DNA of 64,000 nucleotides, taken from positions 181,972,001 through 182,036,000 of the forward strand of contig NC_058368.1 in the NCBI RefSeq assembly GCF_018350175.1, in the 5' to 3' direction. The notes beneath the pieces were generated by a model that saw only the letters and a list, made by a program, of their open reading frames with translations, made no database searches and was not told the DNA's origin. Position numbers and translations under genes: made by a program. This DNA is from Felis catus (Eukaryota). This document shows positions 11,988 to 23,627 of this stretch, one piece after another (position 1 is the first letter of the stretch; the number at the start of each line of letters is the position of its first letter).

Positions 11988-13000
11988 CCATCCATTCATT
12001 CAATGTCTACATGTTCCTAGTACTTTTCTGCAGTTACAAATTAGAAAAAGAATCTGCTTTTATGGGACTCACTTTCTGGTAATGTTGCCAGAAAGCTGAT
12101 CATAAACAAGTAAACAAATAAATAAGAGTGTCAGAGAGTACTACCTACTCTTAAAAACATAATAATAGGATAAAGAGCAAATGGCGTAGTCAGAGGAGAT
12201 AACAATTTGAACTAAGATCTGAGTGATGAAAAGAATCAGCTATGCTGAAGTCTACACTGGTGGAGGAGCATTAGAGGCACAGAGGCCCTGGGTCAGAAAT
12301 GAGCTGAGAGCATATGAGAAGCCAACAGAGGCCAGAATGTAAAAGCATAATAGGAAAGGGGGAGTTGAAGGTATAAAACTGTTGAGATGGACAAGACCCA
12401 TCTCGTGACAATTTACCAAAGAAATAGCTCAAACAACTAGTGGCTGTTAAATACTGTGAGGATAATTCAAAATGCTATGGAGAGAAGAGTGTGTGTGTGT
12501 TTGTGTGTGTGCTTGTGTATGCACATGTGTGCACATGTGTATATGAATAATATCCATGTGCATGGAGGAGGTCATAATTGAGATGTGCTTTAAATGAGAG
12601 TAGGATTTAGATAAATGAAAAATAGGAGGGGGGTGGATGAAATGGTACAACAGCTAGTGGGAACAGCCTGTGCAAGGGAAAACAGGTGGGGGTGTATAAG
12701 GGAGTTCTATAACTAACAAGTGGTCCTTTACAAATAGGTGAGCAAGAGTTGGGGAATACAAAGCTTGTGAAGATTAAGAAGGGGACTGAATGTCAGAATA
12801 AGAAAACTATCGAATAATTAATCTGGAAGGTTAAACCATTGAAGGTTTGAGCATGGAAATAATCAGAGCTGAGATTTCAAAGGGTATCTCTGACACTTGA
12901 CAGTTGAATTGGATGAAGTTGGTAAGGCTGGTGGTGAAGAGGCTACTTAAGAGGTGTTTTATACAGTTATTCAGAGTGGGCATAATTAACACAGAGACAA
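11988..13000 (-). mobile_element. L2 fragments with an internal (TG)-rich low-complexity tract
   Basis: ccatccattcattcaat start; tttgaactaagatctgagtgatgaaaagaatcagctatg; gggaacagcctgtgcaagg. Confidence 0.7.
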
Positions 13001-13029
13001 CTGTAGAGAATGTAAAACTGAATATAGTT

Positions 13030-13380
13030 GAGAAAAATAGTAGTCATAGACTCCACCCTAGATCCAATGCAGAATTTGCTCTTCCATCATGCTTATCAGT
13101 CTCTCTCATCTAGTTCTAGTCTGGGAAAACATCACCCCCTGGGAAAACCAGTTGTGTGTTGTATGACTCTGTTTAAGCACTTTCTCAGGTTAAATTGGAA
13201 TCTGCCTCGCTGTGTGTAAAACCCACAGAGGCTAGTTTTACCTTCTGTAGCAAAGCAGACTATAGAGCCTCCTTCTATAACATGTCAAGGATTCATATAT
13301 TTGAAAGCAACTATCATTTTTTATCTTTTGTCATATCCAGGTTAGCCCTCCCCCAGTTTCTTTGACCATGTATTTTACAT
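13030..13380 (-). mobile_element. L3/CR1 LINE fragment
   Basis: aatctgcctcgctgtgtg...ctagttttaccttctgtagc...ttcatatatttgaaagcaactatcat matches the common L3 segment. Confidence 0.6.
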
Positions 13381-13591
13381 GGTTGGATAAAATGTGTATT
13401 GTAACTAATTAACATGTAATGATTCTTTACATACTATTAACAATGAGAACATATTTTTCCTGAAGGCTTTTTTTCTTGTTTGGAAAAATTTATTTCGTTT
13501 AACCTTCTCCTGTACAAATGCTAGGCATTTATTATACAAGTGTGGGATAAGAAAATGGAAGTTCCCTACCCTATACAACATTATTCTAGGC

Positions 13592-13860
13592 CAGGGGTTA
13601 GCAAACTATGCCTGCGAGCTAAGAATGGTTTTCACATTTTTAAATGGTTGGAAGAAACCAAAAGAAGAAGAATATTTTGAGATACATAATAATTTTATGA
13701 AAGTCTAATTTTAGTGCCCATAAATAAAGTTTTACGAGAATGTGCCCATCCATTTATGTATTGTCTATGTCTCCTTTCATGTTTCGACAGAGACTGAATG
13801 GCTGGCAAAGTCTAAAATATTTACTATCTGGTCCTTTACAGAAAAAGTTGGCTAATATCA
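13592..13860. mobile_element. MER58B hAT-Charlie MITE
   Basis: caggggttagcaaactatg...gagctaagaatggttttcacatttttaaatggttgg...aaaatatttactatctggtcctttacagaaaaagtt. Confidence 0.9.
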
Positions 13861-13861
13861 A

Positions 13862-14030
13862 TTCTCAGGCCCTGGTGTGTAGCCTGCTGACTGACAGATT
13901 CTGCTTCATCTGGGAACTTGTTAGAAATGTAGACTCTCAGACTTCACCCAAGACTCACAGAATGAGAATCTACATTTTAACTGACCCCAAGGTGGTGTGG
14001 TTGTTCCTTCAAGGGTAAGAAACAGTACTA
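13862..14030. mobile_element. MER5A/MER5A1-type MITE
   Basis: catctgggaacttgttagaaatgtagactctcag...gaatctacattttaac. Confidence 0.8.
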
Positions 14031-14037
14031 GCGCTGG

Positions 14038-14196
14038 AGTGGGGCTTTTCAACTCTGGCATGCTTAAGCACCACCCAATTTGTGGGTTTCACACCAGGAA
14101 GTAGATTGGGGTGGAGCATGAGAGTCTGCATTGCTAATAAGCTCCCCAGAGATGCTGACACTGCTTTTTCCTGATCATACTTGGAAAAGCACCAGG
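14038..14196. mobile_element. MER5A MITE
   Basis: ggggtggagcatgagagtctgcattgctaataagctccccagagatgctgacactgct. Confidence 0.8.
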
Positions 14197-14369
14197 GGAC
14201 TCTCTTCTACCCATGTTTAAATCCTTTCCCCTTTGCAAGATTTTCAATGACCATTCCAGCCACAACAAACTCTCTTCTTTGAGCTCTTATACAATGAACG
14301 GTATCAGTTTACATTTATATAATAGCATTTGGCATTAATGCATAGCTCAAGTGGGAAGAACTTTGTGTT

Positions 14370-14822
14370 TCACTAACTCAATGGCCTCTTGCTGTTTCCC
14401 AAGACTTCCACGCACATTCCCACCTCAGAGCTCTCGCATTCTGTTTCTGCTGCCTGGCCTGGCCAGCAGTTAGGTCACTCCCCGCTCTCCTTAAACATCC
14501 CTCTTCAGCAATGCATCCTCTGACCTCACTGTCTAAAACTACTTCCTATACCCACTCAATCACTCTCATCTCATCTTGCTTTATTTTTCCTCATTGAACT
14601 TAACAGCACTTTGCATTATGTATTTATTCAATGCATCTTTCCTCCAACTAGATTCTAGGTTCTGTGATATCAGGTAATTGTTTTCATTCACTCAACATTG
14701 ATTGATTGACCATCTACTACGCACTGGGTACTATTCTTAGAGGACACATGAGTTTACTTAGGAAAATGGCTATCATTTAGTAGGTATTCAATGAATATAG
14801 GTTGAATAAATAAATGAATGAA
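14370..14822 (+). mobile_element. L2 3' fragment
   Basis: cacattcccacctcagagctctcgcattctgtttctgctgcctgg; ends taggtattcaatgaatataggttgaataaataaatgaatg. Confidence 0.75.
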
Positions 14823-15219
14823 TTCCCTTTAAAGCCTCTTGGAGCAGAATTATGGTTGCTAATTTATAAAGTGTCCATAGTCCTTATTGTTCAGCATAGT
14901 AAGTTACAACAACATCTAATAAAAGCTAATATTCATTGGGTAATTACCATGTGGCAGGCATTTGAAGTACTTACAACTTTTATTCTCATGTTTTAAACTT
15001 AGAAAATGTGAGAACTAAGGAGGTTATATAACTTTCAACAGGTTAAACACATGCCTAAATACAGGTTGTCTGACTCCACCCCTGAAAGGGTAACCACAAC
15101 ATATTCTCTTTCCTCATAATGAAACACACTGATAGGTTGGCAGGTTTGTGTGGCAAAGGAATGACACCATGAGATTTATCTGTAAAAATGTAAAACCTCA
15201 CTCACTACTTGCAGCATTC

Positions 15220-15222
<3 letters not shown>

Positions 15223-15258
<36 letters not shown>
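15223..15258 (+). repeat. (CA)n microsatellite
   Basis: Direct reading. Confidence 0.97.
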
Positions 15259-15260
<2 letters not shown>

Positions 15261-15524
15261 CTGCCTGAAGGTAGTTCTAACAAAGATACGCACACAAAAT
15301 ATATTTAACAGAAATGGAAGTAAATAATTGGGTCTATGTAAAATATAACTAAGAACTAGTAATAAGAATGAAGAAAAAAACACAGCTATGGAAATCATAG
15401 CTGTTATCACTGACCTTGTTATTGAGGTCTCAACTTCATGGTATCTGATATGGTTTGAATTGTATCTCCCCTGCAAAAAAGGTTGAAATCCTAACTTCTT
15501 GTACCTCAAAATGTGACCTTCTTT

Positions 15525-15721
15525 GGGGCACCTAGGTGAGTCAGTTGGTGAGCATCCGACTTCAGCTCAGGTAATGATCTCACGGTTCTGTTCATGAGTT
15601 CAAACCCCGCCTCAGGCTCTCCCTGCTGTTAGAGCAGAGCCTGCTCAGGATCCTCTGTCCCTGTCTCTCTCTGCCTCTCCCCCATTTGTGCTCTCTCTTT
15701 CAAAAATAAATAAAAATTAAA
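15525..15721 (+). mobile_element. SINEC inside MLT1
   Basis: TSD aaaatgtgaccttctttgg (15508) / aaaatatgactttctttgg (15722). Confidence 0.95.
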
Positions 15722-16084
15722 AAAATATGACTTTCTTTGGAAATACTGTCTTTGCAGGTATAATTAATTGAGACAAAGTCATACTTGAGTAGAGTGAACT
15801 CTAATCTGACTAGTATTCTTATAAGCAGACAGCTATGTGAAGACAGGAGACACACAGAGAGTACCTTGCAAAGACAGTGACAGAGTGGACTGATACATCT
15901 GCAGGCCAAGGAATACCAAGAACTGAGGACCGACACTGGAGGCTCGGAAAATGCAAGGACATTCTATTTTTCTGCAAATTTCAGAAAGACCATGGCTCCA
16001 CTGACATCTTGATTTTAAACTTCTAGCCTCCAGAACTGTGAGACAATTTGTTATTTTAAGCCACTTAGTCTGTGGTACATTGTT

Positions 16085-16296
16085 TTATTTTGTTTTGTTC
16101 TGTTCTGTTTTTGAGAGAGAGAGAGAGAGAACGAGCACGTGAGCCAGCGAGAGGGGCAGAGGGAGAGAGAGAGAGAGAGTCCCAACCCAAGCAGGCTCCA
16201 TGCTCAGCATGTGGCTCTATCCCACAACCTGGGTATCATGATCTGAGCTAAAATCAGGAGTCAGATGCTCAATAGACTGAGCCACACAGGAGCCCC
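16085..16296 (-). mobile_element. SINEC inside MLT1
   Basis: TSD agtctgtggtacattgtt (16067) / agtttgtggtaaattgtt (16297). Confidence 0.93.
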
Positions 16297-16513
16297 AGTT
16301 TGTGGTAAATTGTTGAGGCAGCCCTTGGGAAAGAAAAGAAAATGATGTCTGGAAGAGCACAATACAAGAGGTATACGTATTTTAAGAATGAAATCTTTTG
16401 TATTTAGCAGCTTCCTACAGAAAGAAAATTAACTGCCAGTTGATTTGGAAGAAGAGAGACACTCTGATAGCACAAATACCTAACAGACACAAGAAGCCAT
16501 ATTCAGTTCTAGT

Positions 16514-16672
16514 GAAGGCTGGTATTATGGGCACGTGACCTGTTCTTGGAAGGACCCTGTTTTTGGCCTAAGGCTCTGCTATCAGCGTTGTGAAATTCTT
16601 AATAGTGTTTGAACAAGGTCTCCACGTGTTCATTTCACTCTGGGCCTTCAAATTAGGTAGGCAGTATGGGCT
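16514..16672. mobile_element. MER91A hAT-Tip100 MITE
   Basis: atgggcacgtgacctg...gctctgctatcagcgttgtgaaattcttaatagtgtttgaacaagg...cactctgggcc. Confidence 0.8.
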
Positions 16673-16734
16673 CTAGTAATAAAACAGTTTTGGTATTAGT
16701 ACAGGGATTACTGAATACACTAATAAAACAGTAT

Positions 16735-17065
16735 ATAGAACCTAAAAATATGACAGAGATAGTATTTCAGATTAGTGGGGAAAGAATGGACATTTCCATA
16801 AATGTTGCTGAGACAGTTGGTTATCCATATGGAAAAGAGAAATAATTTGGAACCCAAATTCATACCACAGTTAAAAAATCAATTCCAAGGACTTTAAAAG
16901 ACATAAATGTGAAGGCAGGAAAATATAACATTTAGAAGACAATATGTGAGAATATCCTAGTGTTCTTGGGTATAAGAGATTTCTTGAATGAGTTGTAAAA
17001 AAACCAGAAACCGTAAAAAATAGTTTGATAAATTCATCTACATTAAAATTAAGTGCTTCTTCTCC
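16735..17065 (+). mobile_element. Old L1 ORF2 3' region fragment
   Basis: gtggggaaagaatggacatttccataaatgttgctgagacagttggttatccatatggaaaa...aaaatcaattccaagg. Confidence 0.85.
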
Positions 17066-17199
17066 ATATACTCTTTCTCCTTTGTGAGGATGTGAAATTT
17101 CAAATAGTACCTGTGAATGTCAAGGATATGGCCTTAGGTTAGCTTCCCAAATGGGGAGAGCTCATGTCCAGAGCTGAGTTTTCTGACTTGTTTTCCCTT

Positions 17200-17413
17200 C
17201 TTTTTTTAAAAAGTTTATTTATTTATTTATTTTGAGAGAGAGGAGAGAGAGATAGGGAGCACAAGTGCCAGCAGAGGAAGGGCAAAGAGAGGAGAGGAGA
17301 CAGATTATCCCAAGCAGGCTCTACTCTGACAGCTTCATCTCACAAACCGTGAGATCATGACCTGACCCAAAATCCAGAGTTTGACACTTAAAGACTGAGC
17401 CACCCAGACACCC
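17200..17413 (-). mobile_element. SINEC
   Basis: Reverse SINE; TSD tgttttccctt at 17189 and 17416. Confidence 0.93.
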
Positions 17414-17509
17414 TGTGTTTTCCCTTATTACTGCTTTCCCTTCGTTTGTGTAACTTTTGGTTGGCATGCCTCAAAGGAGTGGGGACCAGTGGAGGAGAAT
17501 GGTCAGTGT

Positions 17510-17759
17510 GCTACAATTCCCCTTTGGGCTGACTCATCTACAAATTTGGCTATATACAGTGGCGATTGATCTAATCGGTAAATAGACTAAGGGTAACGGG
17601 AGCCAGATTTCTCACTGCTGGAGAAAGGAGTTAGGAATGTGGAACTGGGAAGACTAAACTCTGTGATGTTCAATTAGCATCTGAAAATATCAGTGTAAAC
17701 TCTTGATTTTTAACTTGTCTACCTACATACATAGGCGGTGTATGTGTGTGTATGTGTGT

Positions 17760-17795
<36 letters not shown>

Positions 17796-19045
17796 ACAAC
17801 ACATACAGACTTATATTTCCTTATGTGTTTACTAAGAACCTAGAGGCAATGATACCTCAGTAGCAGTGAACCTACTACTGAATACTCAGATCTTGGTTTC
17901 TCAATATCATTTTTCACTAAAAGAACTTGGACTCCATAGAGAAATGGCTGACTTGACAGAGATAATGTAAGATGAAGCTACAACAAGTAGTTGAGCCAGA
18001 AATTAACGAAGTGCTCAAAGAATGACAAGGACATGTCAAAGGTCACAGAAGCCACTTTGAAGGAGTTTCCATCAGTCACATCTTGGGTAATTTTACCATG
18101 AAATTTAATAGTGGTAGTAAGGGATTGGAAACCTTTGACTAAAATAAGAATGCAAAGTCTATACTGATATAAGTAGATAAATACATTAATTAATTAAGTG
18201 GAAGTGAGGGAAAAATGTATCTTGCAGTAACATGCTAACTAGTAAATTTATATTGAATCAGAAAATCACTATTTGGCAAGCACCGATATCATAATTAAGT
18301 CAGGAAAGAATCATTAATGGACCCTAAATCTCATAGGTGAATGAGGAGCAGGGTTTGTATGTAATTTCAAATAATGTCCTCTTAATATACTCATAAATGA
18401 CTTATCAATTTAAGTACAGCATCCTAAATAATTAATTTCAGGGGGGGTAGGTTTCTGCCATTCAACATCCTAACCAAATGATAAAAGTTAACATTACCAG
18501 TCATGGGACAAATCAATGTAGTGTGCCTCTCGGCAAGATGCATTGAGAATAACACAAAATGAATTCTGCGGAATTTGAAGCAAAAAACATGAACAACAAG
18601 AAAATATCACATTCCAAATTAAGGAACAGTCTACAAAGTAACTTGTCTGTATTCCTTAGAAACGTCAAGATATGAAGAGAAACAAAGACACTTGACCTGT
18701 TCTGGATTGTGGAAGACTAAAGAGACATAGAACCAAATGTGCTCCTCGACTGGATCCTGTGTCTATAAAGAACATTATTAATGACATAAAAACTTGAATG
18801 GTATCTTTGGACTACAGGAATTATTAGATCAGTGTTAACTTCTTAATGTTGATGAATGTACTATGATTGTTCTTTTACATAAGAAATACACACTGAAGGA
18901 TTAAAAGGTAATGGGGCATCACGTCCCAACTTCCTATCAAACATCTTAGAAAAATGAATTCTAAATGAAGAGTATATTGGATCTCTGTATATAGGTCTGC
19001 AACTTTTAAGCATAAATCTAAACCTATTCAAAATAATTGAAAAAC
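17510..19045 (+). mobile_element. L1MC/L1MD-type 3' UTR inserted within an older L1
   Basis: gggagccagatttctcactgctggagaaaggagtt; gtgtttactaagaacctagaggcaatgatacctcagtagc; aagactaaagagacat; includes (TG)n ~17738-17795. Confidence 0.8.
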
Positions 19046-19464
19046 TTCAACTTCTCTTAAGACATTCTGAAGCTACAATTTGGGAGAAGACATTTGCAGC
19101 ACAAAACTAAAAAAGGATTAACAAGCAGAGAAGAAATGCCTAGGAGTTAGTAAGAAAACGAATGATCCAATCCAATAGAAAAATAGGCAAAATGATCATT
19201 AACTTCACAGAATTTTTGAATGGCCTATAATATTTGAGAAGATGTACAACCTCATTAATAATCAGAGAAATGCAAATTAAAACAACAATGGGACATCACT
19301 TATCCCCATTAAGGCTGACAAAGATTTAAAAGTCAGATAATATGGAGCAGTGGTGAAGATACAAACAACAGAATTCCGATTCTTCTGGTAGAAGTGAAAT
19401 TGCATGCAATTACTCTGAATACAGCTTGACATCACTAGTAAAATATAAGTTAAATACAGACTGG

Positions 19465-19870
19465 TTTGGTAGACTGTATATTATTATCACCAATGTACCA
19501 GCACATTTCTCTGCAGTGCCCCTCCATACATTTTACATCTGACCCTGTTGAATTTAGACTTGCCACATGACTTACTTTAATATATAAAATATGAATGGAA
19601 GTGTTGTATATAGTGTTGTCTAAAAGTAGAAGCTTTTACTTGCAAGTTGTTGTATGCTGCTTTCTTTTCCCTCTGGCACAATCATGGCAATGTTATCATT
19701 TGAGGCTTCTCTTTCAGACTGGTCCTGGGCTGTAGAAAACGTGGAACAGATCCCAGCCCACAAATAATGCACATGTAACAGGAAACAGCAATAAACCTCC
19801 ATTACTATAAATGACTGAAAATTGGTGGTGTTGATATTTAATTACATATCCAGCATATTGTGACTTACAA
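19465..19870 (+). mobile_element. MLT1 (G/H/J-like) LTR
   Basis: tggtagactgtata...ttgaatttagacttgccacatgacttactt...acatgtaacaggaaacagcaataaacctcc. Confidence 0.7.
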
Positions 19871-20347
19871 ATATGTACATTCTACAACCCTACAATGTCA
19901 TTAACAAACATGAATACTAGAGAAACTTGCAAATGTATACCAGGATATGTTTTTTTTTCAAAATATTGATAGCCTCACTATTCCTAAAAGGAAAAAAGAA
20001 ACAACTTCGATCTTCATCAAGAGTGAAATGAATAAATAAGTTGTGGTATAGTCACACAATGAGAAAAATGACCCACAGTTATATACCTCAACAATGACAG
20101 GTCTCAGAGATATCACATTGGGAGAAAGAATTAAGACAGAAGAAAATATACTGTATGGTTTCATATTTTTAAAAAGGAGGTAAAACTAAACAACATATTG
20201 TTTATTGAAGTATATATGTGGTAAACATTACAAATAAAAGCACAGAATAAGCACAAAACTCGGGATGGCCATTACCAAAAGAGACAGAGGAGAAGAAAGA
20301 GGTGAATTTAATAAGCACAAAACAACTCTTAAAAATGATAATGTCCT

Positions 20348-20527
20348 GGAGCCCCTGCATGGCTCAGTCAGTTGAGCATCTGACTCAGGTCATGATCTCA
20401 TGGTTTGTGAGTTCTAGCCACCAACTGGGATTGCTACTGTCAGTGCAGACCTGGCTTCACATTCTCTGCTCCTCCCCCATGCTCACTTGCTCTCTTTCTC
20501 TCTTAAAAATAAAAATAAACATTAAAA
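20348..20527 (+). mobile_element. SINEC (older, internally deleted)
   Basis: TSD aaaaatgataatgtcct / aaaaatgatgacatcct. Confidence 0.92.
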
Positions 20528-20885
20528 AAAAATGATGACATCCTAATTCTTAGCCTTGTGTAGACACATGCAATCATTTTATTTTTCTCTTTGATTAATA
20601 TATTTTTATGCAACAATTCATATATAGCATATCTCACAATAAAAAAGGAGGGGACAATAAAGGTTGCTGGATGAGGGGAGTGTAAATTTTCCTAGGTATC
20701 TAAACATCAATGTTTTCCTTCATCTTATCTCTAAATATTTATTGTCAATGCAATGAATTTATGTTTCCTCAATCTAGACATAGGATCCCTTGAAGGAGAG
20801 TTTTCGCCAGCATTTTTACTTAGTAGCAAAAACTTCAAGCTACTTGCATCATTCCTGATGATTTATTTAATTCCAGGGAAAGTAG

Positions 20886-20886
<1 letters not shown>

Positions 20887-20920
<34 letters not shown>
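20887..20920 (+). repeat. (TG)n microsatellite
   Basis: Direct reading. Confidence 0.97.
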
Positions 20921-20923
<3 letters not shown>

Positions 20924-21850
20924 ATAACCATTTTATTTTAATTTAAAGTTTAAATCTAAAAATAAATAATGATATTTTTGTTGTTTTACATAGTAGAACC
21001 AACCTAAAAGGAAGGGTAGCAACTCACATATTGTATAGCGTCATAGTGTTCACTGACCAGAGCCAGTTCATAATGTAGTGAAGATGTGCACAGATGGAAA
21101 CCACTTCAGAAGCCTGTCAGAGAAATCACATGCGACTCACATACTATTTTACTTAAAATCCGTAGGGCACTTGCTGTAGCAAATACAGAAATAATACAAC
21201 TGGAAAAAAAATGGTATAAAGACTTCACAAAATGTGGATAGCTTTTGTTTGAGGGACCTTCTCAGACTAAGTGGAGAAATATTTTCTAATCTCTAGAAAT
21301 GCTTGATTATTTAAAAAAAATCACAAACAAAAACACAAGACAGATGACTGAAAGATAAGTCAGTGAGACTGACCAAAAGAAAATGCATTTATTTTCTCCT
21401 TCAGAGATCATGACCATGTGCTACTGCCTAGGAAAAATCCAGAAAGGAGACTCTCTGGAGGATTTTTTTAAGTGAGAGTCACATCAGACTCTTCAACAGC
21501 CTCGAAAATTAATGCAGTTATAAGAAGTATTACAACAGTAATATAGATGATCAAATAGGGGAAACACATGATCAGCACGAAGAGAGTGCATACAAATGAC
21601 CCAGTTACCAAACAATCAGAAAAGGGCTAGTGATATTTACTGAGAATGAATGTCTCAAGATCTGTGGTCAAGTACATGCTCAAAATAAGAGCTGGTCAGG
21701 TCAACATCTTGGTTGGTGGCTTGATTACTCAATAATTCAGATAATAAATAGCAATTCTGACTTGGAAAGGAAATGCTGCCAAGAATTTAAAGGGCTGGAA
21801 AATGGTCCCAGTTTGATAGATTGATTCATCCATCTGCCTGCCCATACATC

Positions 21851-21897
21851 TATCCATCCATCCATCCATCCATCCATCCATCCATCCATCCATCCAC
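21851..21897 (+). repeat. (CCAT)n microsatellite at an L2 tail
   Basis: Direct reading; abuts antisense L2 sequence at 21900-22040. Confidence 0.95.
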
Positions 21898-22054
21898 CAA
21901 CCAGTAATTTATTCATTAAATTGTTCATTTATCAAACATTATCTGGACATAGATAGGATAAACCTTAGGTTGAACTATGGTAATTCAAAAAATTGTCAGT
22001 GAATAGAGACATTCCCTGCCTTCAAAGAGTTCAGAGTTTAGTGTAGAGTTTTTT

Positions 22055-22146
22055 AAACCCCTCCCCAATTGTAACAATCAAATATGTCCCCAGACATTGT
22101 CAAAGGTCCCTGGGGGTGGGAAGCAATCCTGGTTGAGAATCACTGG
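22055..22146. mobile_element. MER20/MER3 hAT-Charlie fragment
   Basis: ttgtaacaatcaaatatgtccccagacattgtcaaaggtccctggggg...ggttgagaatcactg. Confidence 0.85.
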
Positions 22147-22609
22147 TTTAACAGAGGAAGCGAATACATTCACAAATATTGCAATTTGGTCTAAAAATTC
22201 TGATAACTAAGAAATATTAAACAAATGATGATAAGACAATGGAGACACACAGGGTGAGAGTGATGGAACGAGGGAACAGTGTGGAAAGAGAGAGGGGAGA
22301 GAGAGGAAAGATGGGGCGGGGGGAAACAAAAACAAAAACAACTCAAGCTCCTGAACACTTCTGCCTCCAGGAATTTAATAAGGGTACACAGAGGGCACCC
22401 TTGTGCTGGGGCTTAGAGAAAGAGCAGACTTTATCATTTTCAGAAGAAAGCTCTGCAAATAGGTGAAAATGTAAAGAATGCATTATGTACTCCAAGTTAA
22501 CACATTCCTAGTTTTCTTTAACCTCTGATTGTAAGGAGCCTAATGCATTTGAATATTTTCCAGCAGGTAGTAATGTGTCACTGAAATGTTTTCAGCTAGA
22601 AAGTAACAA

Positions 22610-23050
22610 CCATCACTCATTCATTCATTCATTGAGCAAACAGTTACCAAGTACTGTTTCAGATATGGAGCTAGGTTTCTGAGGACATGAGATGAAAAAG
22701 ATACAATGACTGCACTTGAGGATATAAAAAGCCTAATGGAGAACAATTTAGTCAAAAAATATTTTCTAATTCTTTATAAACTAGCTTTCTTTCTAAGTAA
22801 CATACAACTTTAGAAAGTGCTTTGGTGGTGGTATAAAAAACCTGTTGGGACTCTGAGAAGAAGTCAATCATCTTTGGGGATCTGGAAGGCTTTTGTGAAG
22901 TCCTAACATTTAAACTGCCCTTAAAAGATAAGAAGAAGAGGTTCATTATTTGTAAAAGGAGCAACCAGTAGATGGAAGAACAAAATAAAAAGATACATAA
23001 AGAGTTAAAATGCTTAGGAAACAGTAAGCATTCACTATTGACCTATGACC
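22610..23050 (-). mobile_element. L2 fragment
   Basis: cattcattcattcattgagcaaacagttaccaagtactg...gaggacatgagatgaaaaagataca. Confidence 0.7.
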
Positions 23051-23426
23051 AGAGTGATACAATTATTAAGATGACTCATATTCTAATGTTCTGTTAATAC
23101 CTGGGAGCAGGTAGCTCAATGCAATAGATAAGCAACAACACTGGTGAAGTGCAAAGACCTCCCTTCCCAGCACACACACATGCACACATACCCATGGACA
23201 AAGAAATGCCACTAAGAATACACTTTTCTCAAATATTCTGGATGACCACAATAACTATGTCAGGTCTTTCTACATAAACTAGGAACCTCATTTAGTCAGA
23301 GCTCCTAATGCCACTATAACCACCAATTCTGACACTGATTTTGAAAGTCTCTTTGCCAACTCAGACTGGCAAAAAAACAGGTGGATAGATGGAACTTCTA
23401 ATTCAATTCTCTTCTACTACATTTTA

Positions 23427-23627
23427 TTATTTTAAAATAAAAAATGTTTATTTTTGAAAGAGAGAGAGAGGGAGAGAGAGATGAGTGGGGGAGGGACCGA
23501 GAGAGAAGGAGACAGGATCTGAAGTGGGCTCTGTGCCAACTGGAGACAGCCTGATGCGGGGCTCGAACCCACAACCATGAGATCATAACCTGAGTCAAAG
23601 TCCGATGACTGAGCCACCCAGATGTCC
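23427..23627 (-). mobile_element. SINEC
   Basis: Perfect 18-bp TSD ctcttctactacatttta at 23409 and 23628. Confidence 0.96.

Larger units (their letters stand above)
15446..16332 (+). mobile_element. MLT1 (MLT1C/D-like) ERVL-MaLR solo LTR interrupted by two SINEs
   Basis: tgatatggtttgaattgtatctcccc...aatgtgaccttctttggaaat...ttctagcctccagaactgtgagac...ggcagccctt. Confidence 0.9.
19065..20645 (+). mobile_element. Old L1 (L1ME-like) ORF2 end and 3'UTR, interrupted by MLT1 and a SINE
   Basis: tgggagaagacatttgca...aatcagagaaatgcaaattaaaacaacaatg; gaataaataagttgtggtatagtcacacaatg; continues the 16735 fragment. Confidence 0.8.
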
